A stretch of DNA of 64,000 bases, from NCBI GenBank assembly GCA_963768425.1, contig CAVYHV010000008.1, positions 1-64,000 of the forward strand, in the 5' to 3' direction. Shown in pieces: positions 62,094 to 64,000 of the stretch. Positions within the stretch are counted from its first letter, which is position 1; the number at the start of each line of letters is the position of its first letter. The position numbers and the translations under genes were made by a program. The notes under the pieces were generated by a model that was given only the letters and a program-made list of their open reading frames with translations, was not told the DNA's origin and did no database searches. This DNA comes from Candidatus Bathyarchaeota archaeon. Lineage in GTDB: Archaea; Thermoproteota; Bathyarchaeia; Bathyarchaeales; Bathycorpusculaceae.

Positions 62094-64000
62094 ATGGTCA
62101 CTGCAAGAGACCCCGTATGCGGCATGGATGTTGACACAGAAACAGCCCTCAGCGCCAAAATCGGCGACAGAACTTACTATTTTTGCAGCCAACAATGCCT
62201 TGACGTCTACACGGCACCAGAACGCGAACTCGAAGCAATGCAGCGGCGCGTTGCATTCACGTTAACTGGCGCCATAGCAGCCCTAGCTTTGAAAGTGATT
62301 ACACTTTTTGGTCTCATTACCGCAATAATGTATTTTGACGTTGTTGGAAAACTACGAGTTTACGACATCGCGGTGTTCATTGTATCGACACCTATAGTCT
62401 GGATTGCTGGGTATAGAATCTACAAGGGCGCTTATCAATCGCTTCGAAACCGCAACATAAACATGGATGTTCTGGTCACTGTCGGAGTTCTCGCAGGCTG
62501 GATTTACGGTGTCATAAACGTGTTCATCCTTCCTTCTGCCACGCAGCCAGGCTCAGGTTACATGGAAGTAGCCATCGGCATCTTAGCTTTCGTGCTGCTG
62601 GGAAGATATATCGAAGAGTTAATTCGACGACGCAGCGCCGCATCAATACGAAAACTGCTCGAACTTCAACCAACCATGGCAAGAGTCATCAGGGATGGCA
62701 AAGAAACCGACATATCAATGGACCAAGTGCAGGTTGGAGACGCGATTATTGTTAAGCCCGGAGAAAAAATCCCAATCGATGGAATTGTGACTGCAGGGTA
62801 TTCGTCAGTTGATGAGAAACTTATCACGGGCGAAGGCATTCCTGTTGAGAAAACTGTCGGAAGCGAAGTTGTCGGCGCCACAATAAACAAAACCGGGGTC
62901 CTGATAATAAAGGCGACTCGTATCGGCGACGAAACTGCCCTTGGACAAATTGTTCATCTTGTTGAAGAAGCCCAAGCCTCAAGTGCTCCCGTTCAAAGGT
63001 TTGCTGACCGTATTGTCAGATGGTTTGTCCCAATCATCTTGTCTGCAGCAGCCGTTTCATTTGCCTATTGGTTTGTGACAACCGGCAACTTCGCAACCGC
63101 ATTCCTTGTGCTGCTGGCTGTGATATTGATATCTTGCCCATGCGCTTTGGGAATAGCGACGCCGACAGCTATTCTTGCAGGTGTCGGAAAAGGCGCAGAG
63201 TACGGTGTTCTTCTTCGCAGTGGAGAATATGTTGAGAAGGCAAGAAAGCTAACGACTGTGGTTTTCGACAAGACTGGCACGTTGACAAAGGGTGAGCCAA
63301 GCGTAACCGACATCAAAACTTACAACGGGTGGGATGAACAAATGGTGCTTGCGTATGCAGGTTCAGCTGAGAAAGGTTCTGAGCATCCTTTAGCGGAAGC
63401 AATTCTTCTGAAAGCTAAATCCGACAAAGTTCATATTGAGCATGCAGATAATTTCGAAGCGTTGCCCGGCAAGGGCGTCGTGTGCTACGTGGAAAAAAGA
63501 AAGGTCCTGCTTGGGAATCGCAAGTTACTTCAGGAACAAGGAGTGTCCATCAGCCGAGAAGAGGGTGATTTGACATTGTTGGAATCACAGGGAAAAACCG
63601 TCATGATTCTTGCTGTTGACGGAAAGATTGTCGGATTAATTGCAGCAATGGACATCCTGAAAGAAAATGCTGCCGAAGCAGTGGTGCAATTGAAAGCCTT
63701 GAATTTGGAAGTTGCAATCCTAACAGGCGACAACGAGCGAACCGCCCGAGCAATAGCCCAGCAACTGGGAATCACCCAAGTAATCGCTAACGTTCTGCCA
63801 TGGCAAAAAGCCGACGTCATCAAAAATCTGCAGGCTGAAGGAAAAGTGGTAGCCATGGTCGGTGACGGAATAAACGATGCACCAGCACTTGCAATAGCCG
63901 ACATTGGAATAGCCATAGGTAGCGGGACGGACATTGCCAAAGAAACAGGCGGTATAGTGCTCATAAGAGACGACCTCAGGGACGTTGCCTTAGGAATCGA
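62094..64000 (+). CDS. copA: Cu(I)-type P1B ATPase with an N-terminal YHS/TRASH domain (partial, runs off the window)
   Basis: DPVCGM...[45 protein letters not shown]. Confidence 0.94.
   Translation, partial: MVTARDPVCGMDVDTETALSAKIGDRTYYFCSQQCLDVYTAPERELEAMQRRVAFTLTGAIAALALKVITLFGLITAIMYFDVVGKLRVYDIAVFIVSTPIVWIAGYRIYKGAYQSLRNRNINMDVLVTVGVLAGWIYGVINVFILPSATQPGSGYMEVAIGILAFVLLGRYIEELIRRRSAASIRKLLELQPTMARVIRDGKETDISMDQVQVGDAIIVKPGEKIPIDGIVTAGYSSVDEKLITGEGIPVEKTVGSEVVGATINKTGVLIIKATRIGDETALGQIVHLVEEAQASSAPVQRFADRIVRWFVPIILSAAAVSFAYWFVTTGNFATAFLVLLAVILISCPCALGIATPTAILAGVGKGAEYGVLLRSGEYVEKARKLTTVVFDKTGTLTKGEPSVTDIKTYNGWDEQMVLAYAGSAEKGSEHPLAEAILLKAKSDKVHIEHADNFEALPGKGVVCYVEKRKVLLGNRKLLQEQGVSISREEGDLTLLESQGKTVMILAVDGKIVGLIAAMDILKENAAEAVVQLKALNLEVAILTGDNERTARAIAQQLGITQVIANVLPWQKADVIKNLQAEGKVVAMVGDGINDAPALAIADIGIAIGSGTDIAKETGGIVLIRDDLRDVALGI

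Overview
Archaeal chromosomal window. The gene content (TFE alpha and beta, aMBF1, NAC, KEOPS, arcadin-1, ribophorin-I-like protein) suggests TACK archaea, most likely Bathyarchaeia; this is inference. Positions 1-6751 are the right end of an integrated mobile element. It carries a type I restriction-modification operon, a putative nuclease, small ORFs, a ribbon-helix-helix regulator and the C-terminal part of an SSV1-type split tyrosine integrase, and it ends in a duplicated 3' half of tRNA-Val(TAC) (att site). The most striking feature lies inside this element: a ~800-nt stretch (about 5036-5830) between the RHH gene and the integrase with no credible long ORF. On the + strand it can fold into a deeply nested multi-domain structure with 5'/3' end pairing, a possible pseudoknot and four repeated ACGGTG-N6-CACCGT hairpins, making it a candidate large structured ncRNA. 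Positions ~6.8-12.6 kb are an accessory patch (mgsA, OB-fold protein, radical SAM enzyme, gene remnants). The rest is mostly core housekeeping genes. About 15 genes, including essential ones, are broken by single-base indels, mostly in homopolymer runs, which I read as long-read sequencing error. All pairings and translations outside the supplied ORF track were worked out by hand; no searches or folding programs were run.
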